Source of the DNA: an uncultured Sphingorhabdus sp.
GTDB taxonomy: Bacteria; Pseudomonadota; Alphaproteobacteria; Sphingomonadales; Sphingomonadaceae
Direction: 5' to 3'
Assembly (NCBI GenBank): GCA_964572205.1
Contig: CAZNEO010000004.1
Span: 3,185 to 67,184 of the forward strand
DNA length: 64,000 bases
The notes beneath the pieces are model-generated. The model made no database searches and was not told where the DNA came from. It was given only the letters and a program-made list of their open reading frames with translations. The translations under genes and the position numbers were made by a program. Shown here one piece after another: positions 1-9,889 of this stretch. Within the stretch, counting starts at the first letter, position 1. Every line of letters begins with the position of its first letter.

Positions 1-2
1 TG

Positions 3-386
3 GCGCTGTTCGCCAATGGCTGGGCAAAGCTGAAAGAAATCCGCGACCATGCCGATCCCAAAAAGCACCGGCAGGACCGGACGACTTTTGTCAAACTGGG
101 TGAGCACAGGATTGAAGGCAAATTTGCCCCAGCCGCAACGCTGAGCTTTGCCGGATTCAAAAGTGCGCGGATCGTCTTTGGGCTAACCCTGACGGCCGAG
201 CTGAAAGCTGTCGAAATCGGCATCCGTATGGCGCATATCCGCCATGTCGGCGGCGGCGAGGCAAAGATCAAGGTCCGGCTGGACTATGCAGGCGAGGAGC
301 TTTGGAAAAGCGACATAAAGACTTTCGACCTGCCGATGAAGCACCGTTTCGACATGCCGGGAATCCCGCTGACATGGGGTGATTGA
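3..386 (+). CDS. Hypothetical protein, 5'-truncated by window edge
   Basis: Open frame from position 3 (ALFANGWAKLKEIRD...GIPLTWGD) to TGA at 384-386; host-like codon usage; not in the ORF track because it has no start. Confidence 0.7.
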   Translation, partial: ALFANGWAKLKEIRDHADPKKHRQDRTTFVKLGEHRIEGKFAPAATLSFAGFKSARIVFGLTLTAELKAVEIGIRMAHIRHVGGGEAKIKVRLDYAGEELWKSDIKTFDLPMKHRFDMPGIPLTWGD

Positions 387-414
387 GCACAACAGGCCCG
401 GTACAGAGGCACAA

Positions 415-1092
415 TCACCCTGCCAGCCCGAACACGCCGATCAGCAATGGATCATTGGTCGCTTGCGGATTGGCGCGGATGTTGGATTCCTCCAGGCCGA
501 TGGCCGCCCATATCGCATCATCGGCCTTTTGCGTAATGTCCTGCGCCAAGGCAGCAACATTATAGCCGGTGACGGATTGCACGGCCTTGCCAATCACTTC
601 GTCATCGAACAGGCGCAGCCCATCCGCAATACCGGGAACCATTGCGTCAAGCAGCGCCGGGCCCATTTTGCCGCGCAGAAAAGCGGTAGCTGCCTGCGGG
701 CCGCCGCGCACAATCTGTTCGGCGGCATCGATGCTGACAGTGCGCACGGCGTCAGCGACAAGCGGCGCGGCGCGTTCCGCCCCCTTTTCCGCTGCACGGT
801 TCAACTGCCGCTGCAACCGGTCGCGGAACTGGCGACTTTGCAGAACGAGGCTGACGATGTTCGTGCCTGCCGTGCCGCCAAAACGATCCGGCAAGGCAAT
901 GCGCGCAACCGAGCTGTCGTAAAAGCCACCTGGCTGCAAAAGCATGGCAAAGGCATTTTCTGACGCGCGCACCAAAAGCCTGCGGATCGCCTCGGTCAGG
1001 CTGAAGCCAGGCATGGACTGACAGGCAGGCAAAGCCACCAGCGCGCTTGCGGCGCCGGCAAGCAACAAAGTGCGGCGGTTCAGGGATGTCAT
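415..1092 (-). CDS. DUF4197-family protein, probable Tat-exported lipoprotein
   Basis: NRRTLL twin-arginine leader, LPAC lipobox-like site, LNRAAE and E..IRANP motifs. Confidence 0.8.
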   Translation of the reverse strand: MTSLNRRTLLLAGAASALVALPACQSMPGFSLTEAIRRLLVRASENAFAMLLQPGGFYDSSVARIALPDRFGGTAGTNIVSLVLQSRQFRDRLQRQLNRAAEKGAERAAPLVADAVRTVSIDAAEQIVRGGPQAATAFLRGKMGPALLDAMVPGIADGLRLFDDEVIGKAVQSVTGYNVAALAQDITQKADDAIWAAIGLEESNIRANPQATNDPLLIGVFGLAG

Positions 1093-1190
1093 GCGATACT
1101 CTCCTCCAATAATTTAGCACCGCGTAGCAGCTTTTTGCTGAATATGCAGCAACGCGTGACGCGCGCAGCGGTGGCCCGTATAGCGTGGCC

Positions 1191-3377
1191 ATGAATCACC
1201 CTGCCCAGCCCGGTCGCCGTGTGCGCGTGATCCTGCTGACGCAGGCCATCGGCCCGCTGGATTACCGGCTGCCCGACGGGATGACGGGCGAGCCGGGATC
1301 GATTGTGATCGTGCCGCTTGGCCCGCGCAAGCTGTTGGGCGTGATCTGGGACGAGGGGACATTTCCCGAAGAGCCGGTTGCCGACAACAGGCTGCGCGGC
1401 GTGATAGAGGTGGTTGCAGTGCCGCCGATACAGGCAGGATTGCGGCGATTGGTCGATTGGGTTGCGGACTACTACCTCGCCAGCCACGCCGCCGTGCTGC
1501 GGATGGTGGTTTCCTCCTCTGCGGCGCTGTCAACGGGCGGCATGATTACCGAATATCGTTATTCAGGGCGCGAGCCTCAGCGGATGACGGCGCAGCGCGC
1601 CGCAGCGCTGGATGCGCTGATGGATGCTCAGGGGCTGGTGCGCGAACTTGCGGCGGAAGCAGGGGTCAGCGATGGCGTTATCCGCGGCCTGATCAAAGCA
1701 GGCGCGCTGGAACCTGTGAGCGTAAGCATCGATGCCCCCTTCCCTCTGCCCGATCCCCTGCACCACCAGCCACTGCTGGGCGAGGCGCAGGAGACCGCCG
1801 CCGCCGCAATGCGCAGCGCGGTCGATAAGACGCAGTTTGAACCCATCGTGCTTGATGGCGTTACCGGTTCGGGAAAGACCGAAACCTATTTTGAGGCAGT
1901 AGCGGCGGCATTGCGACACGGGCGGCAAGTGCTGGTATTGCTGCCGGAAATATCGCTGACTCAGCCATTTCTGCAACGCTTTGCCGCCCGCTTTGGCGTG
2001 GAGCCGGCGAGCTGGCACAGCGGGATGCGGCAGGCGCAGCGGCGGCGGGTGTGGCGCGGGGTGGCAAATGGGACAGTGCAGGTCGTGGCAGGGGCACGTT
2101 CCGCCCTTTTCCTGCCCTTTGCCAATCCCGGCCTGATCGTCGTCGACGAGGCGCATGAAATCAGTTTCAAGCAGGAAGATGGCGTGCGCTATCATGCGCG
2201 CGACGTCGCCGTGATGCGCGGCAAATTTGAAAATTTCCCGGTGGTGCTGGCCAGCGCCACGCCTGCGCTGGAAAGCCGCCACATGGTCGCGATTGGTCGC
2301 TATACCGGGCTTGAAATCCCCTCCCGCTATGGCCCGGCAAAAATGCCTGCGATTGAGGCGATTGACCTGACGCATGACGCGCCGGACCGGCAGAACTGGA
2401 TTGCGCCGACGCTGTTGAAGGCGCTGGAGACGCGGCTGGAGCGGGGCGAGCAGAGCCTGTTGTTCCTTAACCGGCGCGGCTATGCGCCGCTGACATTGTG
2501 CCGGGCGTGCGGACACCGGTTCCAATGCCCCAATTGCACGGCATGGATGGTCGAACACCGGCTGACCGCTCGCCTTGCCTGCCATCATTGCGGCCATGTG
2601 ATGCCGCCGCCGCAATGCTGCCCCGAATGCGGGGCCGAGGACAGCCTTGTTCCCTGCGGCCCCGGCGTTGAACGGATCAGCGATGAAGTGCGTAAATTTT
2701 TCCCCGAGGCGCGAACCTTTGTGGCGACGTCTGACACATTATGGTCGCCGGAAAAAGCCGCTGAATTCGTTGCAATGGTCGAGGGTAAGGCCATTGATAT
2801 CATCATCGGCACGCAATTGGTGACCAAAGGCTATCATTTCCCCGACCTGACGCTGGTGGGGGTGATTGATGCCGATCTGGGGCTGGAGGGCGGCGATCTG
2901 CGCGCGGCAGAGCGGACATTCCAGCAAATTGCCCAGGCCGCCGGGCGGGCGGGGCGCGCGGAAAAGCCGGGGCATGTCTATATCCAGACGCGCAACCCCG
3001 CGCATCCGGTGATCGCGGCACTGGTCGCGGGCAACCGTGATGCCTTTTACGATGCCGAGACGGCGCAGCGTGCCGCCGCAGGTGCGCCGCCCTTTGGCCG
3101 CTATGCCGCGATCATCGTCAGTTCAGAAGATGAGCGCGAGGCGATAGAGGCGGCGCGGACCATTGGCGCAAGCGCACCCAAAGTCGATGGCATGTATGTC
3201 TATGGCCCTGCCCCTGCCCCGCTCGCCATGCTGCGCGGGCGACACAGGCAAAGGTTGCTGGTCCATGCCCAACGCTCGGTCGAGTTGCAGGCGCATTTGC
3301 GCGCCTGGCTTGGCGACCTCAACTTTCCGCGCAGCGTGCGTGTGGGAGTTGATGTTGATCCCTATAGTTTCCTTTAG
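1191..3377 (+). CDS. priA: Primosomal protein N' (replication restart helicase)
   Basis: GVTGSGKT Walker A, DEAH, NRRGYAP, four CxxC zinc pairs, C-terminal DVDP. Confidence 0.97.
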   Translation: MNHPAQPGRRVRVILLTQAIGPLDYRLPDGMTGEPGSIVIVPLGPRKLLGVIWDEGTFPEEPVADNRLRGVIEVVAVPPIQAGLRRLVDWVADYYLASHAAVLRMVVSSSAALSTGGMITEYRYSGREPQRMTAQRAAALDALMDAQGLVRELAAEAGVSDGVIRGLIKAGALEPVSVSIDAPFPLPDPLHHQPLLGEAQETAAAAMRSAVDKTQFEPIVLDGVTGSGKTETYFEAVAAALRHGRQVLVLLPEISLTQPFLQRFAARFGVEPASWHSGMRQAQRRRVWRGVANGTVQVVAGARSALFLPFANPGLIVVDEAHEISFKQEDGVRYHARDVAVMRGKFENFPVVLASATPALESRHMVAIGRYTGLEIPSRYGPAKMPAIEAIDLTHDAPDRQNWIAPTLLKALETRLERGEQSLLFLNRRGYAPLTLCRACGHRFQCPNCTAWMVEHRLTARLACHHCGHVMPPPQCCPECGAEDSLVPCGPGVERISDEVRKFFPEARTFVATSDTLWSPEKAAEFVAMVEGKAIDIIIGTQLVTKGYHFPDLTLVGVIDADLGLEGGDLRAAERTFQQIAQAAGRAGRAEKPGHVYIQTRNPAHPVIAALVAGNRDAFYDAETAQRAAAGAPPFGRYAAIIVSSEDEREAIEAARTIGASAPKVDGMYVYGPAPAPLAMLRGRHRQRLLVHAQRSVELQAHLRAWLGDLNFPRSVRVGVDVDPYSFL

Positions 3378-3407
3378 GGGTTGCCTCCCAAACTTCCGGG
3401 CATTCCC

Positions 3408-6242
3408 CTACCCCTCCGGCTCCACCAGCAATTGCCAACTCGTGTCCTCGCGGAAATATTTGCGGGCAAGTTCCTGCAAACGGGCGGCGCTTACTTCGGT
3501 ATAATCCCGATACAGTCGGCCAAGCGCCGTGAACCGCTGCGGCGCGTAAGTTGCGCCTTCCAGCTGGTTCATCCAGAAAACATTGCCCGTCGTTGCCCGC
3601 TCAACAAATTGGCGGAGCGGCTCTGTCGCGCGCTGCAATTCATCGGCACTGACCGGATTTTGCCGCAGGTCGGCAGCGACGGCCTGGGCAAATTCATAGA
3701 AACGCTCAACATCTGCTGGTTTCACCTGACTATAGGCAATCAGATAGCCACCGGTGCGAAATTCGTCCGGCCACATATTCTGCATGTCCGGGCTATAGCT
3801 TGCGGCCTGTTCGGACCGGAATTTTTCAAACAAGCGATCGCGGAATACCGCCGCCAATATTTCCAGCTCGCGCCCCTCGCTGATGCCAGCAAGGCCGCCG
3901 CCCGTTGGCCATGCCAGCACCGCTGCGACCTGGTCCTTTGGCCCCTTGTGCGTCAGGCGGATCGGTGCGGTTGTGGGCGCAGGAAAGCTGGTGGCATCGG
4001 CCCCAGCCGGTATCGGGCCAGCCTTGCGCCGTTTCATCGCGCCAAAGCTGTTTGCCAATGCGGCAACCGCGGCATCGCGCTCAAAATCGCCGAACAGCAT
4101 CACTTCGACTGGCCCGGCTGCCAGCAATGGCTCCCAAAAGGCGCGGAAGGATTGCGGGGTCAGCGCGCGCACCTCGTCAGGGGTCGGCACTTTCCAGCGC
4201 CGGTCTTTGCCAGTCGCCAAAAATTGCAGTTCGCGTTGCAGCATTGCCATGGCTGACATGGAAAAACTGTCATAGTCTGCGGCTGCAATTGCCTTTGCCC
4301 GCTCCACCGGCGGCGCTTTCCAGCCGGGTGCGGTCATTTTCGTCGCAATCAAGGTGAGCTGGTCGGCAAGATCCTCTGGCCGGGTGGTTGCTGTCCATTC
4401 AAAGGCATCATTGTCCACGCCAAAGCTTAATTCCAGCCGCCGCCCGACGGTCATCTGGTCAATTTGCGTGCGGTCCAGTTTGCCAATGCCATTTTCGCCC
4501 AGCACCATTGGCCCTGACCAGAATAGTGAATCTTGCCCCGGTCCGACCGCCTGATAGCCACGGCCAAAACGCACAAGCACACGCACCTGCCCGGCCTCTG
4601 ATGCATTGGGCCGCAACAGTGCGCGCGTGCCGTTGGAAAATTCCAGGCTTTCCATCTCCAGCCGCTCATGCAGGCGGCTTGACACCAGCTTGCCGGGCGA
4701 ACCCAATTTGGGGAGCTTGTCAAACCCAATGGCCTTGTCCGCCAGCCGCGCGCTCTTGCTTGCCACAACCGGCGCGGTCAGCGCATCGGCAAGGCGGATT
4801 TCGGCATTTTCCACGGGCATGGGGGCCGACAGGAAAATGCGCTGCGCATCGCTGGTAAACAGGGCCTGCGTTGCCTCCAATATCCGCTGCGGCGTGAATT
4901 TGTCCTGCATCGCCGCCAGCACCTTTACCACTGTGTCGGGCGCTGCGACGGTTTCGCGGATGTCGACGGCGCGGACAATTGCCTCGGCCTGCGTTGCTGC
5001 TGCCTCGAAAGGATAGCTGTCCAGCTGCGTTCGGGCAAAATCGTTAAAGACGGCAAGCTCGCGGTCGATATCGGCCTGCGACGGCGGCGTAACTAGCGCA
5101 TCGGCAATCACCGCGCGGACATCGGCAATGGCCCGTTCCCAATCATCGCCCACAGGACGGATCGACACAAAGGTGATGTCGGCGCTGCGCGCTTCATCGC
5201 GCTGTTCGATTCCGGCAAAGGCAAAGCTGCCCCCTGCCCGTGCCTGTGTTTCCAGCCGCCGGTTGACAATCTGCTGCGCCAGCCCCGTGATCATCAGCTG
5301 CTCATTATAGGCAATGGTGTCATTCACCTGCCGCCATGGCCGGGCATAGGCAATGGTCACGGTTTTGGGCAGGGTCGGCTCGATAATCGTCGCCGCCAGC
5401 TTGCCGTCAGCCTGCGGATCGCCAAAGTCAGGCTGCGGCGTTGGCGGGCCGTCAACCTTCCAATCACCAAAATGCTCGGCAACCAGCGTGGCCAGAATGG
5501 CTGGGTCTGCATCGCCGGCAATCACCACCACGGCCTTGTCGGGGCGATACCAGCGGCTGTGAAAGGCACGCAGCGCAGGCGCGCTTGCCAACATCAGCGT
5601 ATCTGCCGTGCCAATGGTGGAGCGCTTCGCCAGCCTTTGCCCCTGAAAGACATGCTGGCGCTGCGCATTGCCAAATTCCAGCGCCGCCCCACTTGCCTCG
5701 CGCAGTTCGGCAAGCACAATGGCACGTTCCGCATTCAGCGCGGCTTCGGAAATATTGGGTGCGCGCATCATGCCCGCTATGATCTTCAGCGATTCATCAA
5801 GCTTCGTTTCGTCGGCATCGGGCAGGTCCAGCTTATAGGTGGTTTGCGTCGGTGTGGTCTGCGCATTGCTGTCGCTGCCAAAACTGACGCCCAGCCGCTG
5901 CCAGATGCGTTTGGATTCGCCATCGGGGACAAATTCGGAACCCCGAAAGGCAAGATGTTCCAGCAAATGGGCAAAGCCCTGCTCGTCATCCTCCTCATGC
6001 AGCGAGCCTGCATCGATGCGCACGCGGATCGACACTTGCCCGGCGGGGACCTCGTTCATCTTGACCGCATAGCGCAGGCCATTGTCCAGCACGCCAAAGG
6101 TCCAGCTGGTATCCACGGGCACATCGCTGCCTTCATACAGCCAGGGCACGTCCGCCTTTGCCTCAGCAACAGGCGCGGCTTCCTCGGCATGGGCAGCGGG
6201 TGCAAGCAGGGTGAGCGCCAGAGCGAACAAATATCTTTTCAT
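3408..6242 (-). CDS. M16 family (pitrilysin/PqqL-like) zinc peptidase, exported
   Basis: HLLEH inverted zincin motif after GSLHEEDDEQG; signal peptide MKRYLFALALTLLAPAAHA at ATG 6242; frame stays open upstream to 6431. Confidence 0.9.
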   Translation of the reverse strand: MKRYLFALALTLLAPAAHAEEAAPVAEAKADVPWLYEGSDVPVDTSWTFGVLDNGLRYAVKMNEVPAGQVSIRVRIDAGSLHEEDDEQGFAHLLEHLAFRGSEFVPDGESKRIWQRLGVSFGSDSNAQTTPTQTTYKLDLPDADETKLDESLKIIAGMMRAPNISEAALNAERAIVLAELREASGAALEFGNAQRQHVFQGQRLAKRSTIGTADTLMLASAPALRAFHSRWYRPDKAVVVIAGDADPAILATLVAEHFGDWKVDGPPTPQPDFGDPQADGKLAATIIEPTLPKTVTIAYARPWRQVNDTIAYNEQLMITGLAQQIVNRRLETQARAGGSFAFAGIEQRDEARSADITFVSIRPVGDDWERAIADVRAVIADALVTPPSQADIDRELAVFNDFARTQLDSYPFEAAATQAEAIVRAVDIRETVAAPDTVVKVLAAMQDKFTPQRILEATQALFTSDAQRIFLSAPMPVENAEIRLADALTAPVVASKSARLADKAIGFDKLPKLGSPGKLVSSRLHERLEMESLEFSNGTRALLRPNASEAGQVRVLVRFGRGYQAVGPGQDSLFWSGPMVLGENGIGKLDRTQIDQMTVGRRLELSFGVDNDAFEWTATTRPEDLADQLTLIATKMTAPGWKAPPVERAKAIAAADYDSFSMSAMAMLQRELQFLATGKDRRWKVPTPDEVRALTPQSFRAFWEPLLAAGPVEVMLFGDFERDAAVAALANSFGAMKRRKAGPIPAGADATSFPAPTTAPIRLTHKGPKDQVAAVLAWPTGGGLAGISEGRELEILAAVFRDRLFEKFRSEQAASYSPDMQNMWPDEFRTGGYLIAYSQVKPADVERFYEFAQAVAADLRQNPVSADELQRATEPLRQFVERATTGNVFWMNQLEGATYAPQRFTALGRLYRDYTEVSAARLQELARKYFREDTSWQLLVEPEG

Positions 6243-6414
6243 CACGCGCGCTCCTGTGGCCTTGACCATTGCTGGCGGATTAACGGTTTTGGCGGGCAAA
6301 TCAGAAAAGCGCGGAATTGCGTGCAAGATTACATGTTTTTGGTTGCAATTCCGGGTGCCTGTCTCGCTTTTCAAATCAGGAAAGTGAGGCAAGATAGACC
6401 GCCATCTCATGTTG

Positions 6415-6446
6415 AAACATATATCGAACATTGGTCAAAATGTCAA
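6415..6446 (-). promoter_or_regulatory. Sigma70 promoter overlapped by a LexA-like box
   Basis: Minus strand TTGACA (6446-6441), 17 nt, TATATG (6423-6418); GTTC-N7-GTTT at 6429-6415, one mismatch to the alphaproteobacterial GTTC-N7-GTTC. Confidence 0.55.
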
Positions 6447-6505
6447 TTTCAAGCGCCTTCTTGCCCGGTTGCTTTCCGGCCTTTTGGTCGAAATGTCATC
6501 ACGCT

Positions 6506-7264
6506 CTAAATCCCGCCATCGACGGCCTGATGGCCCATTTGCTCAAGACCGAAAGCAAGAGCGCCGACGCAGGCATTCAGCATGGCCGCGTCGGTGGAGC
6601 GCACGACGAAATTCGCCCCCACCCGGCCATCGCGGAAAAAGGGGTAGCTGCCGATCTGGCAGCCGTCATGCGCCTTTTCCGTGGTGCGCAGCAGATCGGC
6701 AATTTCGCTTTCGGCAACCCATGCCCCCACCTGATGCGACAAAAGGGGCGCGCCGCCCTCTATTGTACCCGTCAGCGCGTCGAGCATTCCGGCGGTAATA
6801 TGCGGCACGCCTGCCATGATGAAGATATTGCCATGGCGTATCCCTGGCGCGCCCGACATTTTGTTGGGGATGAGGTCCGCGCCTTCGGGAACGCGCGCCA
6901 TGCGCATCCGCGCCTCGGTCGCCCCGCCGCGCGTTTCATAATAACGGCGCAGCATCGCGCTTGCTTCCTCATGCAGCACCACAGGCACGCCCAGCGCCGC
7001 AGCAATGGCATCAACCGTGATGTCATCATGCGTCGGGCCAATGCCGCCTGTGGTGAACAGATAGTCATTGCGCGCGCGCAGGATGTTCACAGCCTCTATG
7101 ATGGCATCCATCTCATCGGGCACAACTCGCACTTCTTTCAGCCTGATGCCCTGTACATTCAGCCAAAGCGCAATCTGCGCGATATTCTTGTCCTGCGTGC
7201 GGCCGGAGAGGATTTCATCGCCAATGATGCAAAGCGCGGCGGTGTAGATGCGGGATTGAGTCAT
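6506..7264 (-). CDS. CinA-like molybdopterin-binding domain protein
   Basis: IIGDEILSGRTQDKN and TTGGIGPTHDDIT motifs. Confidence 0.9.
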   Translation of the reverse strand: MTQSRIYTAALCIIGDEILSGRTQDKNIAQIALWLNVQGIRLKEVRVVPDEMDAIIEAVNILRARNDYLFTTGGIGPTHDDITVDAIAAALGVPVVLHEEASAMLRRYYETRGGATEARMRMARVPEGADLIPNKMSGAPGIRHGNIFIMAGVPHITAGMLDALTGTIEGGAPLLSHQVGAWVAESEIADLLRTTEKAHDGCQIGSYPFFRDGRVGANFVVRSTDAAMLNACVGALAFGLEQMGHQAVDGGI

Positions 7265-7373
7265 GGCGGTGGCTTAGCTGTTAAGTTGCCCGCATGGTAG
7301 TGCTTTCCCTGCGCACTGGCGGGAGGGACCATAGCCTCTCGCAAAATGATGTCGGTGCGGCTATATGGGGGTC

Positions 7374-8201
7374 ATGAACCAATATGTCGCCGTAACCGCC
7401 GCCGAAGCCGCCATCCCCCGCGACGGCGTAATCAAACTGCATGGCGAAGAGGGTTTTGCCGGAATGCGGGCGGCAGGAAGGCTGGCTGCGGAGATACTTG
7501 ATGCGCTCGTCCCGCATGTTGTGCCCGGTGTGACGACGGCGGAACTGGACGATATTGTCCGCGAAATGACGCTGCGCGGCGGCGCGGTTCCGGCGACGCT
7601 GGGCTATCGCGGCTATACGCATAGCTGCTGCATTTCGATCAACCATGTCATCTGCCACGGCATTCCGTCGGAGAAAAAGCTGAAGGATGGCGATATCGTC
7701 AATATCGATGTCACCCCGATGCTGGATGGCTGGCACGGCGATACCAGCCGCATGTTCCTGGTCGGCGATGTGCCGGTGAAGGCGAAGCGGCTGGTCGATG
7801 TGACCTATGAATGCCTGATGCTGGGGATTGAGCAGGCCCGGCCCGGCAACCGGCTGGGCGATGTCGCGCACGCGATCCAGAGCCATGCCGAGGGGCATCG
7901 CTACAGCGTGGTCCGTGAATTTTGCGGACATGGCCTAGGCCGCCTGTTCCACGACGCCCCCGAAGTGGTCCATGCCGGGCGGCCCGGCACCGGCGTGGAG
8001 CTGCGCCCCGGCATGATCTTCACCATTGAGCCGATGATCAACATCGGCAAGCCGCATGGCAAGGTTCTGGAAGATGGCTGGACAGCGGTAACGCGGGATC
8101 GTTCGCTATCGGCGCAGTTTGAGCATAGCATCGGCATTACCGAGGATGGCTGCGAGATTTTTACCGCTAGCCCAAAGGGGCTGGATAGGCCGCCTTATTG
8201 A
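7374..8201 (+). CDS. map: Type I methionine aminopeptidase
   Basis: CHGIP, NIDVT, GDTSR, GHGLG, FTIEPMIN, SAQFEH. Confidence 0.97.
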   Translation: MNQYVAVTAAEAAIPRDGVIKLHGEEGFAGMRAAGRLAAEILDALVPHVVPGVTTAELDDIVREMTLRGGAVPATLGYRGYTHSCCISINHVICHGIPSEKKLKDGDIVNIDVTPMLDGWHGDTSRMFLVGDVPVKAKRLVDVTYECLMLGIEQARPGNRLGDVAHAIQSHAEGHRYSVVREFCGHGLGRLFHDAPEVVHAGRPGTGVELRPGMIFTIEPMINIGKPHGKVLEDGWTAVTRDRSLSAQFEHSIGITEDGCEIFTASPKGLDRPPY

Positions 8202-8212
8202 GGGGTAGCCTG

Positions 8213-8635
8213 CTAGTCGTCGTAGCTCAACGCAGTTTGGTCTCCACCCCAGTAGCGGTCAAGCTTATCCCACCATCTGCGAGATTCGCGACCCAGCCAA
8301 TGCTCTATTTGAGCATTGATTGAGTTTGCATTTTTGTCTCTGCCGTTGCCACCAAGCTGATTTTGGATACTTTCCAAAAGGCCAATTGATGCTGCCTCAC
8401 GAACATACTCATCTCCCTCCAAGTGCCAAGTTTCAACGACTTGGAAAACCTTGTGGATATCCGGCGCATCGCCTCGTCGAATGCGTTGAATCAGGTGATC
8501 GGCAAGTTCGCCAAGAGCAATGTATAACGGAAGCTCTGGCTCGTCGGCATAGTCGGCGCGAAATTCATCCCATCGAGTAGAAAAGGACGGATCGGCTACC
8601 AATAGTGGCCCGAACATTTGTGAGCGGTTAATCAT
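8213..8635 (-). CDS. Small acidic hypothetical protein (DUF7674-like), low GC
   Basis: 140 aa helical protein with GDEYVREAASIGLLESIQ motif; visibly AT-richer than its neighbours. Confidence 0.6.
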   Translation of the reverse strand: MINRSQMFGPLLVADPSFSTRWDEFRADYADEPELPLYIALGELADHLIQRIRRGDAPDIHKVFQVVETWHLEGDEYVREAASIGLLESIQNQLGGNGRDKNANSINAQIEHWLGRESRRWWDKLDRYWGGDQTALSYDD

Positions 8636-8737
8636 GACCTTTTATATCATGGTGATCAACGTCGTTGCTACACAGTTTCTTCACCCATACTTTGGGTTGT
8701 TGCAGCGATCCAGTTTGAAGCCTGTAGCGTAGGAGAT

Positions 8738-8785
8738 GGATTGACCTGCGGTCACTTCGTTCCCCGCCGTCGCGGGAATGACGAA
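8738..8785. repeat. Single degenerate arm of a (GAT)TCCCGC..GCGGGAATGACG palindromic repeat
   Basis: tggatt...ttccccgccgtcgcgggaatgacgaag; no partner arm seen. Confidence 0.5.
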
Positions 8786-8812
8786 GTGGAGGTAATTCTC
8801 GCCCTCTCTTGT

Positions 8813-8905
8813 TCGTCATGCTGAACTTGTTTCAGCATCCATCGTGCAACCAAGACCGAAGAGTAGAGAGGCGAAATGGACCCTGAAACAAGTTCAGGGT
8901 GACGA
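8813..8905. repeat. REP-like palindromic element with two 29-bp inverted arms, each a hairpin
   Basis: tcgtcatgctgaacttgtttcagcatcca (8813-8841) versus tggaccctgaaacaagttcagggtgacga (8877-8905); 25/29 match, mismatches compensatory. Confidence 0.9.
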
Positions 8906-8934
8906 TGATGGAGAGTTGGGTGTGACCATCAGGT

Positions 8935-9435
8935 TCACTTCCCCAACCTATTCTCAGGATCAAAAACCGCAACTTTATTCAACACCCGATCCCCCCAGCG
9001 CCAGAGCACCAGATTGCTGGAACCCTCCGCAATCCCCGGCAAAAAACTCGGCACAATTGCGCCTGACCAGCCTTTTTTGACCAGCGTCTTGGCCACCGCC
9101 TGCGACGGCGCGACCTTGCCCGCGCGCTGGAAGGTCAGCCAGGCGCAGGCCATATCCTCAAACGCCACGCCCTCAGCTTCGCGCATCGCGGGGTCGGTCA
9201 GGACGATGATGTCGGCGCAGTCAATGTCATATTCCACCAGCGTCAGCGGCAGCATCCGCGCGGCAAAGCCTTGTGTGCATTCGGCCAGCGCAGTGATCGG
9301 GGAAAGCGACAGATACAGCGCCTCCTGCCCCCGCACATTGAACCGCCCCCCACTGATCGCCGCGCCGCGCCCTGACAAGGGCTGCCACGACCAGCGCGGA
9401 TCGTGGGCACGGTATGCGCGGCCTTTATAGTTCAT
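8935..9435 (-). CDS. RES-domain toxin (NAD+-targeting family)
   Basis: SGRGA..SGGRFN..G..ALYLS, TALAE, IVPS, NLVLW: R, E and S residues present. Confidence 0.9.
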   Translation of the reverse strand: MNYKGRAYRAHDPRWSWQPLSGRGAAISGGRFNVRGQEALYLSLSPITALAECTQGFAARMLPLTLVEYDIDCADIIVLTDPAMREAEGVAFEDMACAWLTFQRAGKVAPSQAVAKTLVKKGWSGAIVPSFLPGIAEGSSNLVLWRWGDRVLNKVAVFDPENRLGK

Positions 9436-9438
9436 CGA

Positions 9439-9873
9439 TCAGGCAAAACCACCCAGCGCCATATGGTCAAGATAATCGCGCACCGCCGCCGCATCGCCCG
9501 ATTTCACCAGCGCCTCAGCCGTGCGGCCATCCAGCGCGGGAATGGGCTGCGACCGATACCAGGCCATGGCCTGCGTTTCGCTGCCAGCCCAATCCTTGAT
9601 ACGTGCAATGATCTCCAGCATTTCAGTGAACCTTGCCTGCGCCTTAGGCGCTTTCATCCGGTCGGTTTTGATGACAGTCGCCAGCGGCAATCCCGCCGTT
9701 TCCGCCAACTGCGCCTTTGACATGCGAAAACGATCAGCCAGCCGGGCAATATCGACATGGCCCGCCTTGGTGAAATAATCCCCCAAATAGGGTTCGGGAA
9801 CCAGCGGCTCAAACGCCCCGACGCCCCGATATGCAACGGGCATTTCGCGGAGCTGGGAAGATGGCAATGCCAT
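9439..9873 (-). CDS. Xre/MbcA/ParS-type antitoxin
   Basis: HTH-like segment plus AMAWYRSQPIPALDGRTAEALVKSG C-terminal motif; directly upstream of the RES gene. Confidence 0.9.
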   Translation of the reverse strand: MALPSSQLREMPVAYRGVGAFEPLVPEPYLGDYFTKAGHVDIARLADRFRMSKAQLAETAGLPLATVIKTDRMKAPKAQARFTEMLEIIARIKDWAGSETQAMAWYRSQPIPALDGRTAEALVKSGDAAAVRDYLDHMALGGFA

Positions 9874-9889
9874 GGCATTTGTCCTGATT

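Noticed and set aside
8738-8905. CRISPR array from the repeats here or elsewhere
   Set aside because: Repeats are inverted pairs, not direct repeats with unique spacers; no cas genes
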